Part shown: positions 9,428-18,771 of the stretch, in pieces
Position numbering within the stretch: position 1 is the stretch's first letter
Layout of the letters: each line of letters opens with the position of its first letter
The notes under the pieces: model-generated
Told to the model about the DNA's origin: nothing
What the model saw: the letters and a program-made list of their open reading frames with translations, nothing else
Database searches by the model: none
From: Candidatus Berkelbacteria bacterium
GTDB lineage: Bacteria > Patescibacteriota > UBA1384 > 2-12-FULL-50-11
Length of the DNA stretch: 64,000 nt
Direction of reading: 5' to 3'
Assembly: GCA_016432625.1 (NCBI GenBank)
Contig: CP066697.1
Location: 151,113-215,112, forward strand
Position numbers and translations under genes: made by a program

Positions 9428-9500
9428 AGCGGTAGACCGGTCTCGAACCGGCGACCTTATCCTTGGCAAGGATACGCTCTACCAACTGAGCTACTACCGC
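9428..9500 (-). tRNA. tRNA-Gly (anticodon GCC)
   Basis: GCGGTAG-TA-GCTCAGTTGGTAGAGC-G-TATCC-TTGCCAA-GGATA-AGGTC-GCCGG-TTCGAGA-CCGGT-CTACCGC-T. Canonical cloverleaf. Confidence 0.85.
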
Positions 9501-9582
9501 AAAACTGTTGTAATTTTACCGATTCCGCCAGTAAAGAGCAATTGGCTTGCCCGCTTCCAACAGAAGCGGTAAAGTTTTGGCG

Positions 9583-9906
9583 ATGAGCAAGAAGTCGAAA
9601 CGTAACATTAAGGCTCTACTTGCCAAACGTGCGCAGCTCGAAGAGCTTAATCGCGGCAAGACGAATCTTGTTAGTATCCCTGGTGCGCCGAAATTAGCTC
9701 GACCCGAGGCACCGACTCCGGTGGCCCGGGAACTAAATCGACCGGAACTCCCCGAATACGCTCCGGGCAAGGGAATCTGGCGAACGCTAATTGGCACGGC
9801 AATTATTGCCGTAATTCTTGTTGCTGTTGTCGTTCTAGATAACTCGCGTCATTTCCTGGCGCCATTCGGCGACACACTTTACAACGCCTTGCGCTTGAAC
9901 GACTAA
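9583..9906 (+). CDS. Small hypothetical membrane protein (basic N-terminus, one TM helix)
   Basis: ORF-track 9547..9906; the internal ATG at 9583 (MSKKSKRN) was chosen. TM segment LIGTAIIAVILVAVVVL. Confidence 0.35.
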   Translation: MSKKSKRNIKALLAKRAQLEELNRGKTNLVSIPGAPKLARPEAPTPVARELNRPELPEYAPGKGIWRTLIGTAIIAVILVAVVVLDNSRHFLAPFGDTLYNALRLND

Positions 9907-10035
9907 TTTATGGCGTTGAGCGTTCTAACGGCGGTATAAACCACGGTCGCGATTGCTGCCATTACTAACAAAACCAAGAAAATCTCGACGATGATTTTGA
10001 TTGGGCCTCCTCCGCGTTCCATTGCTTAATTCTAG

Positions 10036-11556
10036 CTACGTGGCGCTAAAGAAGCGATACTGCAGCGCTTCGGCGACGTCCCCCGTCTTAATAGCCTCCC
10101 GGTCGTCAAGGTCGGCAATTGTTCGAGCAACTTTGAGCAATTTATGGTAGCTGCGTCCTGTAATTACGAACTTTACTGCCGCCTTTTCTAGCAAATCCTG
10201 CGCCGCTTGGTCGATCTGACAGATTTTAGCGACGTTCGCGCCAGGGATGTTAGCATTCAGACGACCGGCATTACGTTCCAGCTGACGCGTTCTTGCTCGT
10301 CCGACTTTGGTTCGCGATGTTTTTAGTTCCGCTGTATCACGCTTTGGTGATCGCAGATCGCCGAGCGGCACGGCTTCAACTGCCAAAAACAGGTCGATCC
10401 GGTCTAGGATCGGACCACTAATTTTCTTGCGGTATTGGGAGATTTGATAAGGCGAGCATTGACAATCCCTTTGGGCCGAGTTTAACCAGCCACAAGGGCA
10501 GGGGTTCATGGTTGCGACTAGCATGAACGAAGCCGGGTAACGGATAGTCTGGGCGATTCGCGAGACGTGAACTTCACCGTCCTCCAGCGGCTGCCGCAGC
10601 GCCTCAATGACGTTACGAGGGAATTCTGGCAATTCATCCAAAAATAGAACGCCGCGGTGCGATAAGGAAATTTCGCCTGGTCTTGGGTTACTACCGCCAC
10701 CAACGATGGAGATATGGCTGGCGGAGTGATGCGGCGAACGAAACGGTCGCGATAAACTGTCTAGGGCACGATTCGTCTTCAGCTCGCCGGAGACGCTATA
10801 TAGTTTAACAACCTCGATCATTTCGTCCCTGTCCATTGGCGGCAACAGGGCTCTTAAGCCTCGGGCAACTAGAGTTTTGCCGGCGCCAGGCGGCCCCTCG
10901 AGCAGTAAGTTATGGCCGCCGGCAGCAGCGATTAGTGCCGCTCGTTTGGCTTTCTCCTGACCTTGGATTTGCAACCAGTCGTCATCAAGAATCTCCGACT
11001 GCTCCGGCTCCTCATTTGCTGCCTCTTCTTGCGGACTAAATTCACCGTTAATCCAGCCAATAACTTGCGAGAAGTTTTCTAAGCCGACCAAACTTATTCC
11101 CTCGACCAAGCTGCCTTCGCCAAGATTTGCTCTTGGCATAACAACTGCTTCGTAGCCGTGCTTTTTGGCCCATTCTACAAAAATTAACGTGCCGTGAATT
11201 GCTTGTAGTTGACCGTCCAAAGACAGTCCGGCGACAAACAGCGTTTTTGTCAGTCTTGGATTGGTTTTCAGCTGGTTGTCGGCGAGCAGAACGCCGAGCG
11301 CGATCGGTAAGTCAAAATGAACGCCGGATTTTTTGCGCTCCGAAGGCGCTAGGTGCACCGTAATGCGCGATAACGGAAAAGTAAAACCGGAATGTTTCAG
11401 CGCCGAGCGGACTCGCTCGCGTGATTCCTCGACGGCTTTGTCTGCTAATCCGACGACGATAAAGCCTGGCAAGCCGCTCGATACGTCAACTTCAACTTTA
11501 ACTTCTGAGGCGGCAATACCTTCGGCGGCTACAGAGCCAAGCTTCGCCAGAGCCAT
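10036..11556 (-). CDS. comM: YifB/ComM family Mg-chelatase-like AAA+ ATPase
   Basis: N-term MALAKLGSVAAEGIAASEVKVEVDVSSGLPGFIVVGLADKAVEESRERVRSAL, then Walker A GPPGAGKT, then a ChlI-type AAA+ core. Start moved from ORF-track 11622 to the conserved MALAK at 11556. Confidence 0.85.
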   Translation of the reverse strand: MALAKLGSVAAEGIAASEVKVEVDVSSGLPGFIVVGLADKAVEESRERVRSALKHSGFTFPLSRITVHLAPSERKKSGVHFDLPIALGVLLADNQLKTNPRLTKTLFVAGLSLDGQLQAIHGTLIFVEWAKKHGYEAVVMPRANLGEGSLVEGISLVGLENFSQVIGWINGEFSPQEEAANEEPEQSEILDDDWLQIQGQEKAKRAALIAAAGGHNLLLEGPPGAGKTLVARGLRALLPPMDRDEMIEVVKLYSVSGELKTNRALDSLSRPFRSPHHSASHISIVGGGSNPRPGEISLSHRGVLFLDELPEFPRNVIEALRQPLEDGEVHVSRIAQTIRYPASFMLVATMNPCPCGWLNSAQRDCQCSPYQISQYRKKISGPILDRIDLFLAVEAVPLGDLRSPKRDTAELKTSRTKVGRARTRQLERNAGRLNANIPGANVAKICQIDQAAQDLLEKAAVKFVITGRSYHKLLKVARTIADLDDREAIKTGDVAEALQYRFFSAT

Positions 11557-11564
11557 CTTTGTTT

Positions 11565-12209
11565 CTAGGGTCCAAAAATAATCACAAAGAATCCGAAGAG
11601 GCAGATGGCGATAACGCTCCACCCCATAAAGATTATCGGTAGGCGACGGCCAAGAACGGCCAGAACTGTTCCAGCTACATAGGCCGCGGCGATCAAAACC
11701 AGCGTCAAAATATTTGGCCCGCCTGTGGGTAACGGCTCAGCGGCAGCGGCTTGGAAGCCTTCGCTTGATGCGGCAGCGACTGTCAGGATGCCGCCGGCCA
11801 CGGTTAGCATGGCAGCCAAAGCGGCCTGAGATCGTGAGTAAAGACCAAGAGCTGCGGAGCTGCCGTTTTCGGCAAGCCAATTGTTGAACAGCGCTAACTG
11901 GCCGCGGGGGTAGAACGTGCCGCGGCAATCTGGGCAAGTCCACATCTTAAATCCGGTTGGCCCAGCGTCATGTTCGGATTGTTCTAGCAAAGTTTGGTCG
12001 CTAGGACAGAGGAGATTTATGCTCTGCAGCGAGTAATTAGGTTGGGCTTGGTCAATTTCTGAAACCGACGTAGCCGAAAGCCCTTCGTCAGTGCCGGAAT
12101 CAAACCAAACGCCGCCGCACTGTCCGCAACGGCGAGCCCTCCGGATGTCGCCACTTAGACTGCGAATGGAGACGGGCTCGAACTCGCCTTCGCATAACGG
12201 ACACTTCAT
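11565..12209 (-). CDS. Zinc-ribbon (double CxxC) protein with C-terminal TM helices, function unknown
   Basis: CPLC...CGQC and CPDC...C motifs, followed by a hydrophobic C-terminal region. Confidence 0.45.
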   Translation of the reverse strand: MKCPLCEGEFEPVSIRSLSGDIRRARRCGQCGGVWFDSGTDEGLSATSVSEIDQAQPNYSLQSINLLCPSDQTLLEQSEHDAGPTGFKMWTCPDCRGTFYPRGQLALFNNWLAENGSSAALGLYSRSQAALAAMLTVAGGILTVAAASSEGFQAAAAEPLPTGGPNILTLVLIAAAYVAGTVLAVLGRRLPIIFMGWSVIAICLFGFFVIIFGP

Positions 12210-12302
12210 TTACCCCTCCCGCGCATATCCACACTGTAGCGTAACTGGGTTGAGTTTCAAGAAGTTTCCAGGTAAAATGCCCAAGTTCGAGGATCCGCAG
12301 CC

Positions 12303-13109
12303 TTATCTCAACAACCGTGGACTCGGGCCCGGCGACTTCGGTCGCCGGTTTTTATAACTCAGCCACTTTTTGACTAATATTTCTGCCTCAACCTCGTTTT
12401 TCACGAATTGGATATCGCCGTGATGACGCCACCAGGTTAACTGTCGTCTAATATAATGTCGGCTAGATTTCTGGAACTCCTCGATGGCAATCTGGCGGTT
12501 CATTTTTTGCCGCAGATAAAAACTCGCGAAACGATAATCAAGGCCAAGCTTTTCCAGCCATTCATGACTTACGCCCTGGCTTAATGTTGTCCGTGTTTCA
12601 TCGAGCAACCCGTCAAAAATTCTCTCAAATCGTTCGTCTGATTTTTGATATAACGTCTCGCGGTCAACATCCGGCTGCAGGATCAACGAGTCGAAGCTAT
12701 TACTTCTCCTTCGTTTCGAGAATCGGCCTGCGCCGGGCTCATAACCTTCAAGCAAGGCCGTAACGTAAAGGCCCGTCCCGCCAACAATTATGGGTAATTT
12801 TTCGTGGCTCCAAATAAGTTTTACCGCGTCCTCGGCCTGTTCCAGCCAATCGTTGAGGGTAAAAGGCGTTTCCGGCTCGACGATGTCAACCAGTAGCTGC
12901 GGCACACCCTCAATGATCCTTGCCGGTTGGTTCTGCCACCTGCCCGGCTCACCTTCTTTATTAGTCCCGACGTCTAATCCTTTATAGACCTGTCGCGAAT
13001 CGGCGCTCAAAATTACGCCGTCAAAAACCTTGGCGAGCCGAACGCCAAGGTTTGTTTTTCCCGACCCCGTCGGCCCAACAACGGCCAGAATTTTGTTTTC
13101 GCTTCTCAT
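12303..13109 (-). CDS. miaA: tRNA dimethylallyltransferase MiaA
   Basis: P-loop VVGPTGSGKT; SADSRQVYKGLDVGTNK; GGTGLY. Classic MiaA motifs. Confidence 0.85.
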   Translation of the reverse strand: MRSENKILAVVGPTGSGKTNLGVRLAKVFDGVILSADSRQVYKGLDVGTNKEGEPGRWQNQPARIIEGVPQLLVDIVEPETPFTLNDWLEQAEDAVKLIWSHEKLPIIVGGTGLYVTALLEGYEPGAGRFSKRRRSNSFDSLILQPDVDRETLYQKSDERFERIFDGLLDETRTTLSQGVSHEWLEKLGLDYRFASFYLRQKMNRQIAIEEFQKSSRHYIRRQLTWWRHHGDIQFVKNEVEAEILVKKWLSYKNRRPKSPGPSPRLLR

Positions 13110-13130
13110 TTTTGATACTTTCGAGTTCGG

Positions 13131-13859
13131 ATGCTACTGCTGAAAACACTCTCAAAAGAATTCTACCAGACGCGCAACACGACATTTCCCGTTATCAAGT
13201 CGTTGAGCCTGACGGTCAAGAAGGGCGAAGTCTACGGCTTCTTGGGGCCGAACGGTGCCGGCAAAACGACAACCGTCAAAATGATCGCCGGCCTACTTTT
13301 TCCCGACAAAGGAAGCGTGACGATTGGCAAATACCCGGCCGGATCAAATGAAGCGGCGCAAATTTTAGGCTTCATGCAGGAAAATCCGCAATTTTACCGC
13401 TACTTGAGAGCGAGCGAAGTGTTAGAGTTTGTCGGGGAACTGTTCGGCCTTGAAAAAGAAGTTATCGCCGCTCGGTCGAATAAACTTTTACAGCAAGTGG
13501 GTTTGGAGAAGTTCGCCGACATCGCGGTACGCAATTTCTCCAAAGGCATGCATCAGCGCCTAGCCTTTGCCGTTGCCTTAATGAACGACCCCGAGCTGTT
13601 GGTTCTTGACGAGCCGCTCGACGGACTTGATCCGCTGGGACGACTAGACTTCAAAAAACTGATGGCTACCTGGAAAAAAGAAGGCCGGACTATATTCTTT
13701 AGCTCTCATATTTTAAGCGACGCCGAGGAGCTTTGTGACAGGGTCGGGATTTTGCAGCACGGTCAGCTTCTGGCCGAAGGCAAGCCTCGCGATCTGATTA
13801 AAGGCCAAGCTAAAACTTTGGAAGAGTACTTTGTCAAAACCGTAAGGCAGAATGCTTAA
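13131..13859 (+). CDS. ABC transporter ATP-binding protein (ABC-2 type)
   Basis: Walker A GPNGAGKTT. Signature and Walker B LDEP region present. Confidence 0.85.
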   Translation: MLLLKTLSKEFYQTRNTTFPVIKSLSLTVKKGEVYGFLGPNGAGKTTTVKMIAGLLFPDKGSVTIGKYPAGSNEAAQILGFMQENPQFYRYLRASEVLEFVGELFGLEKEVIAARSNKLLQQVGLEKFADIAVRNFSKGMHQRLAFAVALMNDPELLVLDEPLDGLDPLGRLDFKKLMATWKKEGRTIFFSSHILSDAEELCDRVGILQHGQLLAEGKPRDLIKGQAKTLEEYFVKTVRQNA

Positions 13860-14616
13860 AACTATTTTTGCGATTGCTCGAAACACATTCAAGGAAACAA
13901 TCCGCGACCGCGTTTTATATTCGTTAATCGGTTTTGCGGTTATCGTCATCGCCGCGAGTTTACTAGCGGCGTCGGTCTCGTTAGGCCAGGAAACGCGAGT
14001 AATTCAAAGTTTCGGCCTGACAGCGATGCTCGTTTTCCTACTCATAATTACTATTTTTATCGGTACCCAACTCGTCTGGCGGGAGGTCGAACGCAGGACC
14101 ATTTATATGGTGCTGTCGAAACCAGTCAGCCGCGAGGCATTTTACCTGGGCAAGTTCCTTGGCCTCTGCCTGACTATTCTGGTTGTCATGCTAATTATGG
14201 GCGCGGTGTTTGTGGCGCTGGTTGGTTATAAAACTAAAGCTGTCAGCGGCGTTCAAATTGCGGCGATCGTGATGATGATGGTCGAAGCCTGGCTGCTAAC
14301 CGCCGTTGGAATGTTATTTGCGAGTTTCACTTCGCCGCTTGCTAGCGCCGTTTACGCCTTCGCACTGGCGTTAATTGGGCATTCGGCAACCTCAATTTAT
14401 ATCATCGCCGCTAAATCGACTGGCTTTGCCAAATACATGTTAGAAGCGGTCTACTACGCTTTTCCGAATCTTGAAAAATTCAATCTGCGTAACGAAGTGA
14501 TTTTCAACGCGCCGCTAGACTTCAGTTATTTCTGGACGGCAATGCTATATTTTGTCGGCTATACCGCGGCGATGTTGCTACTAGGCATAGCCATCGTGCG
14601 CAAACATGAGTACTAA
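13852..14616 (+). CDS. ABC-2 family transporter permease
   Basis: 254 aa, ~6 TM helices, 8-nt overlap with the upstream ATPase gene. Confidence 0.7.
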   Translation: MLKTIFAIARNTFKETIRDRVLYSLIGFAVIVIAASLLAASVSLGQETRVIQSFGLTAMLVFLLIITIFIGTQLVWREVERRTIYMVLSKPVSREAFYLGKFLGLCLTILVVMLIMGAVFVALVGYKTKAVSGVQIAAIVMMMVEAWLLTAVGMLFASFTSPLASAVYAFALALIGHSATSIYIIAAKSTGFAKYMLEAVYYAFPNLEKFNLRNEVIFNAPLDFSYFWTAMLYFVGYTAAMLLLGIAIVRKHEY

Positions 14617-15454
14617 TTTTCTATTTCGCCGCCCAGCGCTACTGGCGCTCGTCTTTCTTGTCGTTGCGTACGCAGCGCAGATTTTTACGGACACACGGCG
14701 GTTTTACTCTAACCAGGGCAAGGTGGCGGTAAGCGCCAACATCTATATCGAACCGCAACCGCTATTCCCAGAAACAGCTAAGCTTGTTAGCTTTGGCGCC
14801 CGGGAATTCTTAGCCGATTGGTACTGGCTGAAGCTCATCCAATACTACGGCGGCGGCGACCCGCAGGGCAAATATCGTAAGCTCGGCGAGATGTTCAATG
14901 TCGTCACGGAATTATCACCGAAGTATTCTGCCGCTTACCAAACTGGCTTATTGGTCTTGCCGGGCGAAGGCTTTATTGATGAAGCGATCAAACTGGGTGA
15001 GAAAGGTCAGAAGAATTTACCAGATAAGTGGGAGATGCCGTACTACACCGGTATCGTTTACCACGTCTATAAAAAAGATTACGTTGCCGCTGCGAAAAAG
15101 TTTGACCAAGCCGCAGCGATCCCGGGAGCGCCGGAAACCACCAAGTTATTCGCGGCGATTTATTACAACAAAGCTGACGAACGACAAACCGCTTATCAGA
15201 TTTTCAAAACTGTTTACGAGACAAGCGACAGTGAATTTGCCAGGGACCGAGCCGAAAAATATGTCGAGCACCTCGACGTGTACTTTTTCCTTGAAGATGC
15301 AACCAAGAATTTCAAACAACGTTTTGGTCGCTACCCGGCAACGCTTGATGAGCTAGTGACTCGCGGCGTGATTAAAGAAATTCCTTCTAGCCCGCTCAGC
15401 GTGCCGTTTACAATCAACCCGGAGAACGGACAGATTAGCGAGTCAAAACGTTGA
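14606..15454 (+). CDS. Membrane-anchored hypothetical protein (TPR-like helical), co-operonic with the ABC-2 transporter
   Basis: 282 aa, N-terminal TM helix, overlaps the permease gene end by 11 nt. Confidence 0.5.
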   Translation: MSTNFLFRRPALLALVFLVVAYAAQIFTDTRRFYSNQGKVAVSANIYIEPQPLFPETAKLVSFGAREFLADWYWLKLIQYYGGGDPQGKYRKLGEMFNVVTELSPKYSAAYQTGLLVLPGEGFIDEAIKLGEKGQKNLPDKWEMPYYTGIVYHVYKKDYVAAAKKFDQAAAIPGAPETTKLFAAIYYNKADERQTAYQIFKTVYETSDSEFARDRAEKYVEHLDVYFFLEDATKNFKQRFGRYPATLDELVTRGVIKEIPSSPLSVPFTINPENGQISESKR

Positions 15455-16415
15455 GCTTGGCGCGTAGCGGTGACTTTGCCGCTCGCAGTACAACATCAGC
15501 TAATTTCTCCGCGTCGTGGTAGAGCGGCCGCTGCTCGTCTATTACGTCAGCCAAAATAACTGGCATGCCCTCAATTTCGGTTTTGTCGGTTGTAATATTG
15601 CACACTTGTCCGAGCTTGCCCTCGTTGTTTGATTGGGCAACGACGGTATCATTAACGATCACGCCGTCGAAACGTGTGCCATTGACGTATTCGCGCAAGC
15701 GCCGGACGTGGTCTTCGACGCGATAGTTCTCGGTCTCGCCGCGCTCAGTGGAGGCGTTGCAGACGTAAAGTTTGCTGCCCTTGGCCTTCTCGAAAGCATC
15801 GCGAATCTCCTTAATTAAAAAGTTAGGCACAACGCTGGAGTAAAAACTACCTGGGCCGACAAGAATTAAGTCGGCTTCCTCAAGAGCGCGAACCGCCGCC
15901 GGATTAGCTGTCGCGTCCGGTGGCAGAAGCTGCACCCGTTTGATCGGCGAGCGGTGTCCCAGTACTGAAACGTCAACTTGCCCAAGGGCTGTCTGGCCAT
16001 TTTCAAGCTCGGCCGTTAGATTGACGTTGTCGAAAGTCGAAGGGATAACCTTCCCTTTGACGGCTAAGAATTGACTGGAGGCTTCAACGGCCGACTCAAA
16101 GTCGCCGGTAATATCGGCAAGCGCTAGTAGCAGTAAATTGCCCAAACTGTGCCCAGACAATCCTCGGCCCTGCTTGAAACGGTAAGCGAAAAGTTTGGTC
16201 GCTAGCTCCTCGTCTTTAGCCAGCGCTGTCAGGCAGTTACGGACGTCGCCCGGCGGCAGGATGCCTGTTTCTCGACGAAGACGGCCGCTGGAGCGGCCGT
16301 TGTCGGTCATCGTTACTATGGCGGTAAGTTTAACTGGATAGCTTTTTAAGCCTCGCAGCAAGGTTGCCAAGCCGCTTCCCCCGCCCAAGGCAACAATCTT
16401 CAGATGATCATTCAT
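15435..16415 (-). CDS. yvcK: Gluconeogenesis factor YvcK / UPF0052 (CofD-like)
   Basis: IVALGGGSGLATLLRGLK and the VTMTDNGRSSG region typical of YvcK. Confidence 0.85.
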   Translation of the reverse strand: MNDHLKIVALGGGSGLATLLRGLKSYPVKLTAIVTMTDNGRSSGRLRRETGILPPGDVRNCLTALAKDEELATKLFAYRFKQGRGLSGHSLGNLLLLALADITGDFESAVEASSQFLAVKGKVIPSTFDNVNLTAELENGQTALGQVDVSVLGHRSPIKRVQLLPPDATANPAAVRALEEADLILVGPGSFYSSVVPNFLIKEIRDAFEKAKGSKLYVCNASTERGETENYRVEDHVRRLREYVNGTRFDGVIVNDTVVAQSNNEGKLGQVCNITTDKTEIEGMPVILADVIDEQRPLYHDAEKLADVVLRAAKSPLRAKLNVLTR

Positions 16416-16942
16416 GGCAGTAAAGGATAGACGAAATCATTCTTCTCGTCATCTTTACCCCAGGCCTGCACTGTAAAAGACTCCTCCGCGCTAGCGGTTT
16501 GCCGATTAACTGAGCCGTGTACCGTAATCCTAAAAAGGCCGATATCGTGAAAGTCGCTGACTTTAAACCGGTAAGAATACCGGCCTGTCTCGTCGGCGTT
16601 AACTTGTCGGGTCTCCGGGCGCTCGTAATTACCGTTCGAACCAGCGGCGACGATGTTCAACTCGGCGAAAGGCAGCGCGGTAACTGTAACGACTTGGTAC
16701 TGCCCAAGCTTCATTACCTTGCGGGACAACTCAAGCTTCAACTTAAAGTCCTGTCTTGAGGAGTTTCCAGCTTCTGCGAGTACTGTTTGGGCGATGGATA
16801 TCGGTTCTCTCTGGGCAGCCGATTGCTTATTCCAAGCAACCCCGGCACCAGTCAAAACGACAACCGCTCCGGTAAAGACCGTGTTACGGATAGTTTTGAT
16901 TAAGGCTTGAGTCTGTTCCGGGGTTCTACGCGAGCGGGACAT
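16412..16942 (-). CDS. Hypothetical secreted/membrane-anchored protein
   Basis: 176 aa, N-terminal hydrophobic segment, 4-nt overlap with yvcK. Confidence 0.45.
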   Translation of the reverse strand: MSRSRRTPEQTQALIKTIRNTVFTGAVVVLTGAGVAWNKQSAAQREPISIAQTVLAEAGNSSRQDFKLKLELSRKVMKLGQYQVVTVTALPFAELNIVAAGSNGNYERPETRQVNADETGRYSYRFKVSDFHDIGLFRITVHGSVNRQTASAEESFTVQAWGKDDEKNDFVYPLLP

Positions 16943-17030
16943 TAAGGGTATTGTAGCAAACCATCGCTCGCGTACGCGGTACGGCTGCTTTTCTGGTTGG
17001 CTAAAATGTGGTTATGCTAAGAAAGCTATC

Positions 17031-18008
17031 ATGACAGATGTTTTAGTTATCGGTTCAGGTATGGCAGGGCTTTCAGCAGCGATTTACGCTGCTCGTTATA
17101 ATTTGGAAACGCTTGTTATTGGTCATGAGTTTGGCGGTGCCACCTCAACTGCTTGGACTATCGAGAACTATCCCGGCTACGTCTCAATCGATGGCTACGA
17201 CCTAATGATGAAGGTTAAAGAGCAGGCAGAAAAGACCGGCGCCAAGATTGTCACGGACCGAGTTATTAAACTCGAAAAGAAGAACGATCACTTCGTGGCT
17301 CAAACTTTTGAGGGCGAAATGTACGAAACTAAAACTATTATTCTTGCCTGTGGCGCGGCGCGAAAAAAAATGGGACTGGCACGTGAAGATGAGTTCGCAC
17401 TCGGAAAAGGCGTCCACTACTGCACTACCTGCGACGGCCCGCTCTACAAAGGCAAAACCGTCGCCGTAATCGGTAGCGGCGATTCGGCGGTCAAGGGTAT
17501 AAAGCTCGCCGTACAGTACGCTGAGAAAATTCACTGGCTAATCCGTGGTGAAGTTATTAAAGCCGAGCCGTTCAATTATGAAAAAGTTAAACACTACTTC
17601 GGCGACAAGATTATTGTTCACTACAACACGTCCATTACCGAGCTTTTGGGCGAGAAACGACTTAACGCCGTCAAGCTTAATACCGGTGAGACCCTAGAGC
17701 TTGATGGCTTGTTCGTTGAGATCGGCGCTCTTCCTGAAGTTGAGCTCGCTCACCACTTAGGCGCGGCGCTCGACGAGTTCGGTTTTATAAAAGTAGACAA
17801 CATGATGGAGACTAACGTTGATGGCATCTACGCTGCCGGCGACGTGACGAACTTTTTCGGCCACTTTAAGCAAGACATTACCGCCGCGGCAATGGGTTCA
17901 GTCGCCGCCACTAGCGCTTTTAAGCATATTCAACACGCCCCAACAGTCCAGGAGGCGAAAGCCACGCCCGCCGAGCAGCCATCAACGGTTAGTAATTTGA
18001 ATAAGTAG
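17031..18008 (+). CDS. trxB: Thioredoxin-disulfide reductase
   Basis: FAD motif VLVIGSGMAGLSAA; redox-active CTTCDG (CxxC); NADPH motif VAVIGSGDSAV. Confidence 0.85.
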   Translation: MTDVLVIGSGMAGLSAAIYAARYNLETLVIGHEFGGATSTAWTIENYPGYVSIDGYDLMMKVKEQAEKTGAKIVTDRVIKLEKKNDHFVAQTFEGEMYETKTIILACGAARKKMGLAREDEFALGKGVHYCTTCDGPLYKGKTVAVIGSGDSAVKGIKLAVQYAEKIHWLIRGEVIKAEPFNYEKVKHYFGDKIIVHYNTSITELLGEKRLNAVKLNTGETLELDGLFVEIGALPEVELAHHLGAALDEFGFIKVDNMMETNVDGIYAAGDVTNFFGHFKQDITAAAMGSVAATSAFKHIQHAPTVQEAKATPAEQPSTVSNLNK

Positions 18009-18117
18009 TGGGTCGGGTGGGGATTTCCTCCGCTGCGCTCCGGTATCCCCACCCTCTTGGCCAAGTGCAAAAACCGCCCATGAGGGCGGTCTCTGCATTG
18101 GTGGGTCGGGTGGGGAT
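18008..18117 (-). repeat. Two partial copies of the tRNA-Lys T-loop-to-3'-end segment (ATCCCCACCCGACCCAC) downstream of tRNA-Lys, each preceded by a related ~50-nt sequence; a rho-independent terminator lies between them at 18071..18096
   Basis: GTGGGTCGGGTGGGGAT occurs on the + strand at 18008-18024, 18101-18117 and 18235-18251 (the last inside the real tRNA). ACCGCCCTCATGGGCGGTTTTTTG reads as a terminator on the - strand. Confidence 0.7.
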
Positions 18118-18235
18118 CTCGCGCCTTCGGCGCTTGAAAGCTCCTTCGCTCACGCTCTGTCGCTATCGAACCCACTTCGTGCGTTCTCTCCCCACCACAA
18201 ACGAAAAAGCTGCCAAATGGCAGCGCTTCCGTTTG

Positions 18236-18307
18236 TGGGTCGGGTGGGGATCGAACCCACGACACACGGCTTAAAAGGCCGTTGTTCTACCACTGAACTA
18301 CCGACCC
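18236..18307 (-). tRNA. tRNA-Lys (anticodon TTT)
   Basis: GGGTCGG-TA-GTTCAGTGGTAGAAC-A-ACGGC-CTTTTAA-GCCGT-GTGTC-GTGGG-TTCGATC-CCCAC-CCGACCC-A. Confidence 0.85.
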
Positions 18308-18722
18308 TGAGCTCTGAGCGAGCGCAGGAGTGGAACCGGAAGGCGCGGAAAATGCTGTTATTTTTCGGCATTTGCAGCGCCGAGGGATTCCTTCAAGTTA
18401 TTTTACGGGAAACATGCCTTTTCCTCAATTAGGAAACGGATCAAGAAACGGTTGAGCTTTTGACAGTAGGTGCTATCATTGTTAGACCTTTGCGCTTCAA
18501 CGACGCAGTGCAAGGGAAATCGGAGGGTATCCAATCGTGTCATTTAATAGAAGCAATCTCGTCGCTCATGCGTCCAACAGGACGACCTTCTCCTTCAAGG
18601 GAGGGAACCGCCGACCGGCACCGAACTGCTCGCCTCTGAGCAATCAGCGTCGGCTGCAGAACATCAACGGCGGCAAACGCCAGCAGGCGAAGAAGTAGAG
18701 GCGAATCCGCTTCACACCAAAG

Positions 18723-18762
18723 AAAGGCCGGACACATCCGAGTGTCCGGCCTCTTCCTTATA
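18723..18762 (+). terminator. Rho-independent terminator-like hairpin (GGCCGGACAC...GTGTCCGGCC followed by a T-rich tract)
   Basis: Perfect 10-bp stem at 18726-18754, followed by TCTTCCTTATATTTT. Confidence 0.4.
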
Positions 18763-18771
18763 TTTTAATAT

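Noticed and set aside
18008-18251. Three direct copies of GTGGGTCGGGTGGGGAT looked like a possible mini-CRISPR array
   Set aside because: Spacing is irregular (93 and 134 bp). The repeat is the 3' end of tRNA-Lys, the last copy lies inside the tRNA gene, and no cas genes are nearby. Interpreted as tRNA-derived partial copies instead.
18008-18432. Short ORFs 18008..18274 (+), 18150..18371 (-), 18217..18432 (+), 17930..18265 (-)
   Set aside because: They overlap the tRNA-Lys gene and its repeat fragments and have no coding features.
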